DNA from: Paraspadella gotoi | Lineage: Eukaryota; Animalia; Chaetognatha | Assembly: GCA_051294375.1 (NCBI GenBank) | Contig: CM119264.1 | Span: forward strand, 15,773,473 to 15,837,472 | DNA: 64,000 nt | Reading direction: 5' to 3' | In this document: positions 53,171-64,000 of the stretch, piece by piece | How the letters are laid out: every line of letters starts with the position of its first letter | Numbering within the stretch: position 1 is the stretch's first letter | Notes under the pieces: model-generated | What the model was told of the DNA's origin: nothing | Seen by the model: only the letters and a program-made list of their open reading frames with translations | The model's database searches: none | Position numbers and translations under genes: made by a program

Positions 53171-53685
53171 ATAAGGATCGTCGCAATTGCATAAAGAGAG
53201 AGAGAGAAATAAAAACGAAATAAAAAGCCGATGTTGCGATAGCAAAATGATTACATGCACGAATGCGATGCCTAATTTTACGAGTTCAATCCTAATTTAA
53301 TTTTTTTTTAAAATAAAAACGCAGAGAGAGAGAGAGAGAGAGAAGCCAAATCGTTTTCGGACGAATCAGCAGCGGCAGCAGCAGAGGCAGTCAGAAAAAA
53401 AAAAGAAATCAAAAGGCAGCAGCAGAAGCAGCAGGAGAAAAGAGAAAAAAAAAAGAGCACCTGCAGACTCGGTTTTTTTTCCCTATCAATCAACACTGGG
53501 GAAAAGAGAGAGAGAAAGCTAGATATAATTAAAAGGGAAAAGAGAGAGAGGATACATAAAAATAAAAGAGCAAATTTGTTTGTTTTGATAAAACACCGAC
53601 GACGACGACGACGACTATGCCACTTATGCGCAAAAGCGTTACAACTTACAAGATCGTCGCAAACGCAAAGCGATTGCAACGATAA
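53171..53685 (-). mobile_element. HINE-type element, family 2
   Basis: SubTIR GATCGTCGCAATTGC at one end and stem ATCGTCGCAAACGC-AAA-GCGATTGCAACGAT at the other, with (CGA)n and CAG-rich internal repeats. Confidence 0.7.
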
Positions 53686-54085
53686 AAATTATAATTTTTT
53701 ATATCAACTTTTTATAAGAAATCCAAATCCGATCTTAAAATTTAAAAATTTGCAATTTGAAATTTTAGCCTATTATATACTTATTACTATATATAAATAT
53801 AGCTCACTGGTGCTCACTAATGTATAAAATTTTATCATTTTCACATCACTCTACTGCCCACAACCCAATATTCAGTGTAGTGCTTATATTGAACGGTTCT
53901 ATCACTAACACATAACAATAATTACTGTTTCTTCAATTTTATACATCAAATTAGCAAAGTTACTAAATTAAAAGATTTTAACCGTTAACGGTTAAAGTAA
54001 ATTTTTAACGGTTTAGACGTTTTAGAAAAATTATCGGTTAAGGAAACTAGTCCTCGTCAAATCCAGTTTTTCCTTACAAGTTTTA

Positions 54086-54256
<171 letters not shown>

Positions 54257-54304
54257 TCATTTAATTTAAAATTAAATTAAAATTTCAATTAAAATGAAAC
54301 TCAC

Positions 54305-54410
54305 GTGGCAAAAATATTTGGCATGTAGTAGACGTTGCTTGAAGGTGCGTTCGGCAACAGAGAGAAGAAATAGAAAGAGAAAAGATAAAGACATACGTAG
54401 TATGAGGCTC
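54305..54410 (-). CDS. PHTF: PHTF homologue exon
   Basis: SLILRMSLSFLFLFLLSVAERTFKQRLLHAKYFCH. Splice sites ctctcag|G and CAC|gtgagt; 69-bp downstream intron. Confidence 0.95.
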
Positions 54411-54761
54411 CTGAGAGAATGAATTGAAATGGCATGAAGTCTTCGGAATTCTTAGAAAATATTATATGGACAATGGACAAATTTGAAAACCGAATAGCCT
54501 TTAGGGACCAGAAGCCTACACGAAGAAATGGGGGAAACTTTTATCAAGTTTATTATTGGTCACACTTTGAATATTTATTATAAACGAGAAACAAATTCCC
54601 AGTGCGCAGACTCGAAACCAACAAAAAAATCCTAGACCAACAGTCCGCAACGAATACTAAACCTTTAATTAGATAAATTGTATCTACGGCTTGGGTTAAG
54701 TCGCCTCAATGAATTAAAATAAAAGCCACTAAGCCTAAATGTGAAAAATGCATTGACTTAC

Positions 54762-54970
54762 GTAATGACTAAAAATCTGTCCCTCCAACGATTTCCCAAC
54801 ATAGTGAGAGCAAATTCAATAACTGCCTCGACTGAAAAGCGTTCAATGGAGGCGAATTCAAACTTGGCGATCGTTGCACGCACGTGGAAGAAGAGGGGCA
54901 GGACGGCGGCGGCCAGAGAAAAAACCACTGCAACTACGAGATAGTCAGAGGTGAAGTGAACGCTCTCCGC
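54762..54970 (-). CDS. PHTF: PHTF homologue exon (most 5' exon recognised in this window)
   Basis: AESVHFTSDYLVVAVVFSLAAAVLPLFFHVRA...LGNRWRDRFLVIT. Splice sites ctaacactag|GCG and AC|gtaagt; phase matches the next exon. Earlier exons were not found. Confidence 0.85.
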
Positions 54971-56016
54971 CTAGTGTTAGATTTTACATTTTTATTATAC
55001 TACCAATGAAATATTTTAAATTAACGAAAATTAGAATCTATAATGTAGTTTTTCAGAGAGCTCATTCTGGCAATATTTGGAGTTTGAATTTGTAAAATTT
55101 TACAAATTCAAAATCAATAATGTTATATCTTGTTAAATTATTATGCCTCTTCTACATATATTGAAATTAAAAGCAAAAAATGTACAATTGTACAATGTAC
55201 AATGTACAGCCACACTCCTCTTCCGGATAAATCGGCACTGAGGGGATCTCGAAGAAGGGTTGGTAGGTATTCGTAACTATTTATCAATGTACATTGTACA
55301 GTGTGTCCCAATGGTACTGTCTGTTACCTTTTACATATTGTGCGGAACTGTGTTGTTTAATTATATTTCTGAGATAATATCAAAGATAAGTTCTCAGGCA
55401 ACTTACCACCGGTCTCTCTCTCTAAATAAATTATTATTTAATCAATTAAAAAGTAGTATGGATTATGGACATTATAGGGTGGAGTGATGATTGAACATTA
55501 TTTTTTTGCTGCCAATGGACATATAATTAACCAATTTTAAATCCTTTAAAAAATTTTTTTAGCATAACAGTATAGTAAATTCAATTTTTTATGTAATAAT
55601 ATCCTTATAAAATCATTTAATTTTAAAATATATATAAGAACAGATTTGGATTCGCTGTAAAAAAATAAAAAGTTTAAAAACACTTATTTTTAAAACTTAT
55701 TATTTTATAAAAATATTATTACAAATGTATTACATTTTACTATTCTATTCCCAAAACAATATGAACAAAAGATTTTTTGTACTAATTAATCATACTATCT
55801 CGCGTCTAAATATCCTTGTTTAATCATTTAAATAATTTTTTTGTTCTTGAGTGCTCCACTTTAATGAACAAGGTAAGTAAATAATTTAAATAATTTACTG
55901 TATTATAAAAACTCTGTAGCTAAAAGTATGAGGTTGTGTCTTACTGTCCTGCATCTAAAGAAAAGATTTAAAATATTATTTAATCAATATTATAAATAAT
56001 ATTTGATAAATATTCT

Positions 56017-56188
56017 TGGGGCAAAATGATTTTGTTTCACAACGAATTTTATTTTCATTGACGCTGAAGAAGGCTTGCATCCAAAGCCGAAACATGTACG
56101 TTTTATATGATAAAATATAATTCGTTGTGAAACAAAATCATTTTGCCCCAATACATATAACAACGAAAAAGAAAGGTTATTACCACTA
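56017..56188 (+). mobile_element. 172-bp minimal PLE insertion with hammerhead (56060-56102)
   Basis: TSD TGATAAATATTCT (56004-56016, 56189-56201), ~40-bp inverted arms, gacg CTGAAGA aggctt gcatcc aaagcc GAAAC ATGTA cgtt, and tail ACAACGAAAAAGAAAGGTTATTACC. Confidence 0.85.
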
Positions 56189-57938
56189 TGATAAATATTC
56201 TAAAATATATATCATAAAAAAAACTAATTTTTTTTATTAACTACAGGAGTTTGCTTTGCGTCATACCTAAATTTTAACAATTGAACAGAGTAAGATCACG
56301 CTTAATTTGGTTTTCACCCTACTTACGTACAATACCTAAACTTCAAAATAAACCTAAAGAAAAATTTTTTATCAAGAGACATCACTTCAGTTGTACCCAT
56401 CGTCTTACTCATTTATAGCTTATGGTTTAAGAAATCAGAAAATCGAGGTATCTAGTCCAAATTTCGACTTTTACACTGTATTTTACTGTACCATTCTAGT
56501 CGAATCATATTTTGCATGTATTTGTCCAGCATAACGGTCAGGAAGGGATGGCTTGTTAGTACAAATGGTCAGACAAAACAAATTCAATAACTAATAATTT
56601 CTTTTTTCGTTCAAATGAATTTTATTTTTATTTTTCTTATCCTATAAAATGGTATATACTTGTAGGGAAGTCTGGCGTTAAGCGTCCGAGATAAAAATTA
56701 GCGAATAAAAAAGTTGTTATTTTACTCCCTGAATAAAAATACTTAAAATACTTACAAAATACATAAAATTGATAAAATTATTATTGCGAAAACATTGTTC
56801 AATCATATGAAATATATCTAGTGCCTTTTTTTTCATTGAAATTGATAGATATTAACTAAAAATATTAGAATGAACTTTTCTTTTTGATATAATAAGAGAA
56901 CCGAACTTCCGTTACTAGTAAATATGCGTTTGAGGATTCCAAATCTGTTTTTAAAATTGACCTACGTAGACGCGCATAGACGCGATATGCCTTGAAAGCA
57001 AGTTGTTTGGTTTGGTTCCACTTAAATTTTTAGCTTCGGCCGAGTCAATTGGTAATAAAAAAATTGATTTTCTTTGATATCTTTTGAACCAAAAAATGAT
57101 AGAACGATGAGACTGGTATCATATTAAAGCTAAAATTATGGGGCATCTTTTCCATATATTTTTTTAAAAATGTTTCAAAGGATTTTTTTAAAATCTTGAT
57201 CGGAATCTTAGTCAAAAGTATAACTTTTGAAATTAAATTAAACACACTTGGCCACATTTAAAAAAATAAATAAATATAGATTCTTAAAGATTGAATTATG
57301 TTTCTGATATAAACAAAAATTTTCTATACCTCAAATGTTTATATAATTACTAAGGATAATGATTATCATTTTGTTGAAAACAAAAAAAATTAAAAAATTC
57401 ATGTAGAAACCTTAAAAAACAAATTATTTAAATATGATAATTTAGGAGTTCAATCTTTGTTCCCCCTGATTTAAAAACTACTGACATAGGGCTAAAAGAC
57501 TGTATTATCAGATTTTTAAATTTTAAGATTTAGCTGTGTCTACGAGGCCTGGCAGAAAAAAATTATCACAATTTTTTTTTATGTCATAATTCTATCATAA
57601 AATAATTTTAATGCATCATGTGAGGTATCATAGGAAAGCTAACGATGTCTGCTACATGACAGCACGTGAAAAAAAATTTTCTTAATGAAAATAAAAAATC
57701 ACCAGACTACCCTAATACTTGTGCGCTTATTCATTATAATGAATTAAAGTTTTTCGATATGGTATCAGTACCATTGAGACACTGTATATTTCGAACCAAT
57801 TGACAGTTTTTTGTTCTGTTTTCAGACAACAAAACTGACAGAAGGCTTCATATTATAAAATGAGGTACCCCTTTTTTGTGGCCAGAATCTGTTCCAACCA
57901 AACTACCTGTGGGGGTCCATTTTTATTTTTTAAGTTTT

Positions 57939-58455
57939 TAGTCGAATCTGCTTTCAGCAGATCCCGACTCTATAATTCACTTTGTAGGTCCGTCGGTCAG
58001 AACATCAAATTATGATAAATTATGCAAAAAAAATGATGTCCGTCCGTCCCACCTTAGCAAAAAACACCAATTACTTGTGAATGGATGGATGGATTGGAAT
58101 GAAAATTTGTGTGTAGGTAGGGAAGTGTGTGATTGAGCTGTATATAAAGTTTTGATGGAATCGTTTGAGTGGAAATGAGTTTAAATGGAAAAAACAAAGA
58201 ACCTATTTCACTAATTGATTATGCTTCTTTTTCTTTTTTATTTTAAATGTAAATGCAAGATGTACTAATTAAATAATTAATCAGTTAATTAATCAATAAT
58301 TAATTAATTAGTCAATTAATCAATCAAAACAAACATTTCGGATCAAATTATTTAATTGCCTAATTAATTAAATAATTAACTTGAATAAATAAATTATTAA
58401 TTAATTAATTACCGATAATGATCTTGGGCAGATCCGACATTGTTTGCTCAAACTT
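57939..58455 (+). mobile_element. HINE family 1, short copy
   Basis: Both termini present with about one central repeat unit. Confidence 0.8.
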
Positions 58456-58499
58456 TTTTTAGTAGCATCAGTTACATTGACGTTTTAAACATATAAAAA

Positions 58500-61215
58500 A
58501 ACAAGTTTGAGCAAACAATGTCGGATCTGCCTACGAAAATTAATTAATTAATTCATTTTAATATTTAATAATTAATTATAAATTTATATACAGCTTATCA
58601 TCATCGATGTTCTTAAAATAAAGTAAATGTGACTTCTATTTTTTCCATTTAAACTCATTTCCACTGGCACAATTCCGTCAAAACTTTATATCTAGCTTCT
58701 TCACAAACTTTCCTTCCCGCTCACAAAATTTCATCTCAATCTATTATGGGTTAAAATATGTAAAAAGAGTCAAATAAATGCGACTCATATTTTTTTCATT
58801 TAAACTCATTTCCACTCATACTGAAACTTTATATCAAGCTTCGTCACACATTTTCCTACCCACACACAAAATTTCAACTCAATCTATCCATCCAATTATG
58901 ATAATTAGAGTATTTGGTGGTTAAAATAAATAAAAAGATTTAAGTAAATGCGACTTATGTTTTTTCCATTTAAACTCATATCCACTCACACGATTCCGTT
59001 GAAACTTTATATCCAGCTTCATCAAACATGTTCCTACCCATACACAAAATTTCATTCCGATCCAACCAGCCCACTATCATCGAAGTTAACGTTAAAATCG
59101 AAAAAATTATACTTATGGGATATTCAGATAGCTTAAACAGAGTAATTCTTGAAAACTTAAGAGGTTCTTCTCATAAATTCTTAATATTTTTAAAAAGGAC
59201 AAAAATGTTTCAGATAATTTTTTTACGATTCCTAAAGATGCACAGTTTTTTTAGCTTTCTTTAAATATTTTTGCTTTACAAATACGGTAAGACAAAAGTT
59301 TTAAAGAGAAAATTCGAATTAATAAATTAAGCTGGTATGGTGGACTAAAATCCACCAACCGTTCATCAGCGGCCATTGGTGCCGGAGGCAAGTCATTCGC
59401 CTCCCAACCCAAAGGTCCGGGGTTCTAGCCCGGTGGTCGTCTGGCAGTTAAGAGGGACGGGGCGCTTAACCCGCCTGTAACATGGTGTTACAGCCTGATC
59501 CGAAGCTCAGGGACTGCTTATATTGAACGGTTCTGTCACTAACACATAACAATAATTACTGTCTCTTCACTGGGAAGTTTATAATACTAACGTGGATTTA
59601 ACGAGTAAATTATTTTATCAAGTAAACTATTAATGAAAAGAATTTGATTTTCTGAATAAGGAGGTATCGGAATAGAGTTTCAGTAAAATAATAAATGAGA
59701 GTTTACATTATATAGTTTTTGTCATTTTCGTTACCCAAAAACGTTTTAAATTTTTTTTAAATGGCAAGATTGATCTTTAAAGCCCGTAATTTTTGAATTA
59801 AAAAAAAAATTAAACAAGATTCTTTTTTCCAATGTTTATTCGTTCTATCACAAATCCTATCGTAAGTTTCATTACCAAATACTAAGCTTGATCTTTTGCC
59901 AATGTCCGTATGGTTTGCCTCATTTGCCCGATCCATTTCCCGTTCATTCCTCGATCCTTCGCACTACGCTTTGTCTTTCTCAATGAATGGTTGCTCTTTT
60001 TATTGTATCTATTCTTTTATTTTTAAATTACAAGACATAACTGACGATTACATAGGTCGTTGTTGTGGTTCAACATTTAGCTTACCAATCAGTTGAAAAG
60101 TGCTCTTAAAAACGAAATTTACTTTATAAATTAGTCTTATCGAATTGGTGTAAAATAAATAATTTTGAAAATCATTTTGGTATTTACTTATGAAGCGGAA
60201 GTTTGCGGAAGATCTCCCAAATATATCATATGCATTATAAAATAAATCATTAAATTAAATAAGAATGATCATGTTTCCATATAGTTTTTTAGCTAATTTT
60301 TGAAAACTCTGATACAGTAAAACACTTTTTGAATAATTTTTAATTCAATCCATGCTATATATTCAGTTATTTACTAAGATTTTTAAAAAATTTAAAATGT
60401 ATCAAAGTGCCAAGAATATAGCTCGACAAAGTGAGTCAAAAATAAGGAAAACCCCCATATGTCCAGAAAAACTGATTTTTGAAAACTGATATTGCACGAG
60501 AGGTTTCTTATGATACTTCTTCAAAGATTAAAAGCATTAATATTATTGTTGATGTACTACCCTTTTTCCGACTTTAGATGCTAAATCGATGATAGTGCAG
60601 CCAATCACGAGTTATTGGCTTTTGCTAAGGTGGGACGGATGGACGGATTGATTGATTAATTTATTAGTGATTAATTAATACATCCTGCATATACATTTAA
60701 TATAAAAAGGAAAAAAATCATAATTAGTGAAACAGGTTTTTTGTTTTTTTCTATTTAAACTCATTTCCACTCAAACGATTCCATCAAAACTTGGTTTCCT
60801 GTTCAATCACACACTTTCCTACTAACATACAAAATTCCAGGTCAATCGCCCCATCCACTCATGAGCAATTGGTGTTAAAATAGTGAATTATATTTTTTTT
60901 GTTTTTTCCATTTAAACTCATTTCCACTCGGACAATTCCATCGAAACTTTATATCCAACTCAATCACACACTTCCCTACCCACACACAAAATTTCATTCA
61001 AATCCATCCATCCAATCACGAGTGATTGGTGTTTTTTGCTAAGGTGGGACGGACGGACAGACAGACGGACGGACGGACATTTTTTTTGCATAATTTATCA
61101 TAATTCGATGTTCTGACATGATATAAGTTAGTGCCCGACAATATTGAGGGGGCAGACCGACGGACCGACAAAGTGAATTATAGAGTCGGGATCTGCTGAT
61201 AAGCAGATCCGACTA
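58500..61215 (-). mobile_element. HINE family 1 copy interrupted by ~1.5 kb (~59075-60598)
   Basis: 3' end at 58500 and 5' stem ending at 61215. The sequence CCAACCAGCC.. / ..GCCAATCACGAG resumes across the insert. Confidence 0.75.
59336..59569 (+). mobile_element. 234-bp tRNA-derived element (family A)
   Basis: Full-length copy TATGGTGGACTAAAATCCACCA...TACTGTCTCTTCA. Confidence 0.8.
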
Positions 61216-62427
61216 AAAATTTTAGAACTAAATTTGAAAATTTTTTGTTAATAATTAAGCATTGTTTGAAAATGCATGGTTCATCGTTTTATTTCCAATT
61301 TGTTGGTCCGTCGGTTCCCCCCCTAAATCTTGTCGGGCACTCACTTAAATCATGTCAGAACATCATTATGATAAATTATGCAAAAAAAATGTCTGTCCGT
61401 CTGTCTGTCTGTCCCCCCTTAGCAAAAAACACCAATTATTCGTGTGGGTAGGAAAATGTGTGATTGAGCTGGATATAAACTTTCGATGGAATCGTGCAAG
61501 TGGAAATAAGTTTAAATGAAAAAAAAGTAAGTCACATTTACTTGAATCTTTTTACTAATTTCAACTTATGATTACTTGAATTAATCATAATTGGATGGAT
61601 AGATTAAGTTGAAATTTTGTGTGTGGGTAGGAGTGTGTGATTTAGCGAGATATAAAGTTTCAATGGAATCTTGCAAGCGGAAATGGAAAAAAAAGTAACA
61701 TTCACTTAAAGTTGTTTTAGGTTTCTCTTTCTGGTTTATTGCGAGTTTAAAAAATGATGCGAGTTGAAAAAATGATGTGAGTTTAAAAAAATCTTAAAAG
61801 CTCCTAAATCCCCCAAACAATATAAGTAGCGGTAGCCAACCGAATTCAAATTTTAATGGGAACAGCATTAAACTAATCCATTATTGGTATTAATTATTGT
61901 GTTAAAATATTTTTTTGCAAAAATGTTCCGAACCAATTAATGTTCCGAACTAATTAATATTATCATATCGTATTATAATGTCAAAATTTTTTTTTATATT
62001 TTAAGTTTTATTAATTGATTCTGATAGAGCTTAAAAAATTAAGCAAAAAATATAATTACAACTTTTTAAAATTTTGATGTTTTATTACTAAAAATTAGTA
62101 AAAACTGCTAAAATCATCGGATGATAATGATGATTTTTAGAGGTTTTCCCAATTTTAACCCACTTATCATCAAAATATTGAAAAAAGAATTATACTTTGT
62201 GTAGATAACTTTTCATAAGCTATTTGAATCTGCTTTTAAAAATACAAAATTCAAAAAAATTTTTTTGACATTTCCTATCTATAAATAAATATTTAAAAAA
62301 TAATTACTAATGCTTCTAGCCATTTTAGAAAATTTTGGTCCATTTTTCTTAGAAATGTATGAAGTTTCATTTGGAAAGGTTCCCAAATCAAACTTCTGAC
62401 CCACCCCATTGACAAAGGTTGGCTCTA

Positions 62428-63288
62428 ATAAGGATCGTCGCAATCGCATAAGAAAAATCAAATTTGAGAAAAGAAAATTAATTTATAAACAAAGAAAAAG
62501 AAGAAAAGAATAAATATAAAGAAAGAATAGGAAGGAAAGAAAGAAAAGAAAAGAAAGAAAGAAAAGAAAAGAAAAAAAAGAAAGGAAAGGAAAGAAAGGA
62601 AAGAAAGAATGGAAAGAAAGAATAGAAAGGAAAGAAAAAGAATAGAAAGGAAAGAAGGAATACAAAGGAAAGAAGGAAAATAAAAATAAAGAGAGGGTGA
62701 TGAAAAGAAGGAACGAAATAAAAACTCGATGTTGCGATAACATGCACAAATGCGAAGCCTAATTTTACGAGTTCAATCCTCATTCAATTTTTTTTTTAAT
62801 AAAAACGCAGAGAGAGAGAGAGAGAGAAGCCAAATCGTTTTCGGACGAATCAGCAGCGGCAGCAGCACCTAGAAAAAAAAGAAAAATCAAATGGCAGCAG
62901 CAGAAGCAGCAAAAGAAAAGAAAAAAAAAGAATATGCCCCTGCAGAGCCAGATGCAGACTCGTTTTTTTCCCTATGAATCAGTGACTAGGGAAAAGAGAG
63001 AGGGAGAGAGACATGTAATTAAAAAAGAGAAAAAAGAAAGAAATATAAAAATAGAACAGAGAAAATTTGTTTGTTTTGATAAAACGTAAACAAAACATAT
63101 TTAATAACTGTCCAGACTCAATTTTAAGCACATCGATGATGAGAAGCTGTATATAAATTTTCAGCTTCATACACCCAAATTTAATCATAAAAAAGGCGAT
63201 CTATAATTTGGAACGACAACGACAACGACGCCACTTATGGGCAAAAGCGATACAATATCGTCGCAAACGCTAAGCGATTGCGACGATA
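62428..63288 (-). mobile_element. HINE-type element, family 2, with an expanded (GAAA)n-type tract at 62490-62710
   Basis: SubTIR GATCGTCGCAATCGC and terminal stem ATCGTCGCAAACGC-TAA-GCGATTGCGACGAT. Confidence 0.75.
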
Positions 63289-63569
63289 AAAAAATACTAG
63301 TCAAATTTTTTGTACTATAGTAACAGTTCAGTTTAATCCCTTGCAAGCGATTTACATGTATTGGCGCAGCTACTGGTTTGGTATGGTACGATCAGTTATG
63401 ATCACAAATTGAAAGAATTATTGTTATTCAACATCTTTTTAGCAGATTACCGCTTAATTATCGTAGGCAGATCCGACATTGTTTGCTCTAACTTGTTCCA
63501 AATCAGACTTCTGTGGATAAGGCTCTAAGTGGGGCTGAAGAGTACTATCCGCAACTTAAACTTAACATA

Positions 63570-64000
63570 ATTCACTTTTTCGGTCCGTCGGTCCACCCCC
63601 TCAATCTTGTCGGGCATTCACATATATCAGGTCAAAATATCGAATTATGATAAATTATACAAAAAAAAAAAAAACGATGTCCGTCCATTCGTCTTTGTCT
63701 GTCTGTCCGTCCCACCTTAGCAAAAAACTCCAATTACTCGTGATTGGATGGATGGATTCAAATGAAATTTTGTGTGTGGGTAGGGAAGTGTGTGATTGAG
63801 TTGGATATAAAGTTTCGATGGAATTGTCCGAGTGGAAATGAGTTTAAATGGAAAAAACAAAAAAATATATTTCACTATTTGAACGCCAATTACTCGAGAG
63901 TGGATGGGGCAATTGACTAGAAATTTTGTATGTGGGTAGTAAAGTGTGTGATTAAGCTGGAAATCAAGTTTTGATGGAATCATCTTAGTAGAAATGAGTT
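63570..64000 (+). mobile_element. HINE family 1, partial, runs off the window end
   Basis: ATAATTCACTTT..GGTCCGTCGGTCC, (GTCC)n and central repeat units. Confidence 0.75.

Noticed and set aside
59368-59440. Family A and B heads as functional tRNA genes
   Set aside because: The anticodon stems do not pair properly and the sequences are embedded in multi-copy elements.
55000-64000. Further upstream PHTF exons
   Set aside because: No recognisable PHTF motif with splice sites was found; they probably lie beyond the window, though a short divergent exon could have been missed.

Overview
AT-rich, repeat-dense eukaryotic (invertebrate-animal-like) genomic DNA, not prokaryotic. It contains two spliced genes, both on the minus strand. 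One is a complete 5-exon gene for an 8-finger C2H2 zinc-finger protein (about 442 aa, 10265->3334). The other is the last five coding exons of a PHTF1/2 homologue (54970->23927), whose final 18.3-kb intron uses a GC donor. Most remaining DNA is transposon-derived: Penelope-like elements (PLEs) whose pseudo-LTRs carry minimal hammerhead ribozyme motifs (about 11 copies, several in inverted pairs with TSDs, including a 172-bp minimal insertion), two families of DINE-1/HINE-type Helentron derivatives, hAT elements with 8-bp TSDs, a Kolobok-like MITE, a solo LTR, Tx1/L1-type LINE and Gypsy remnants, and two tRNA-derived families. One tRNA-derived family has a fixed 234-bp length with no tail or TSD; the other has a twister-ribozyme-like core. 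A four-level nested insertion fills the last PHTF intron. The 3.5-kb tandem duplication across the 25-N gap at 19414-19438 is probably an assembly artefact. All calls are from manual reading; no database searches or folding programs were run.
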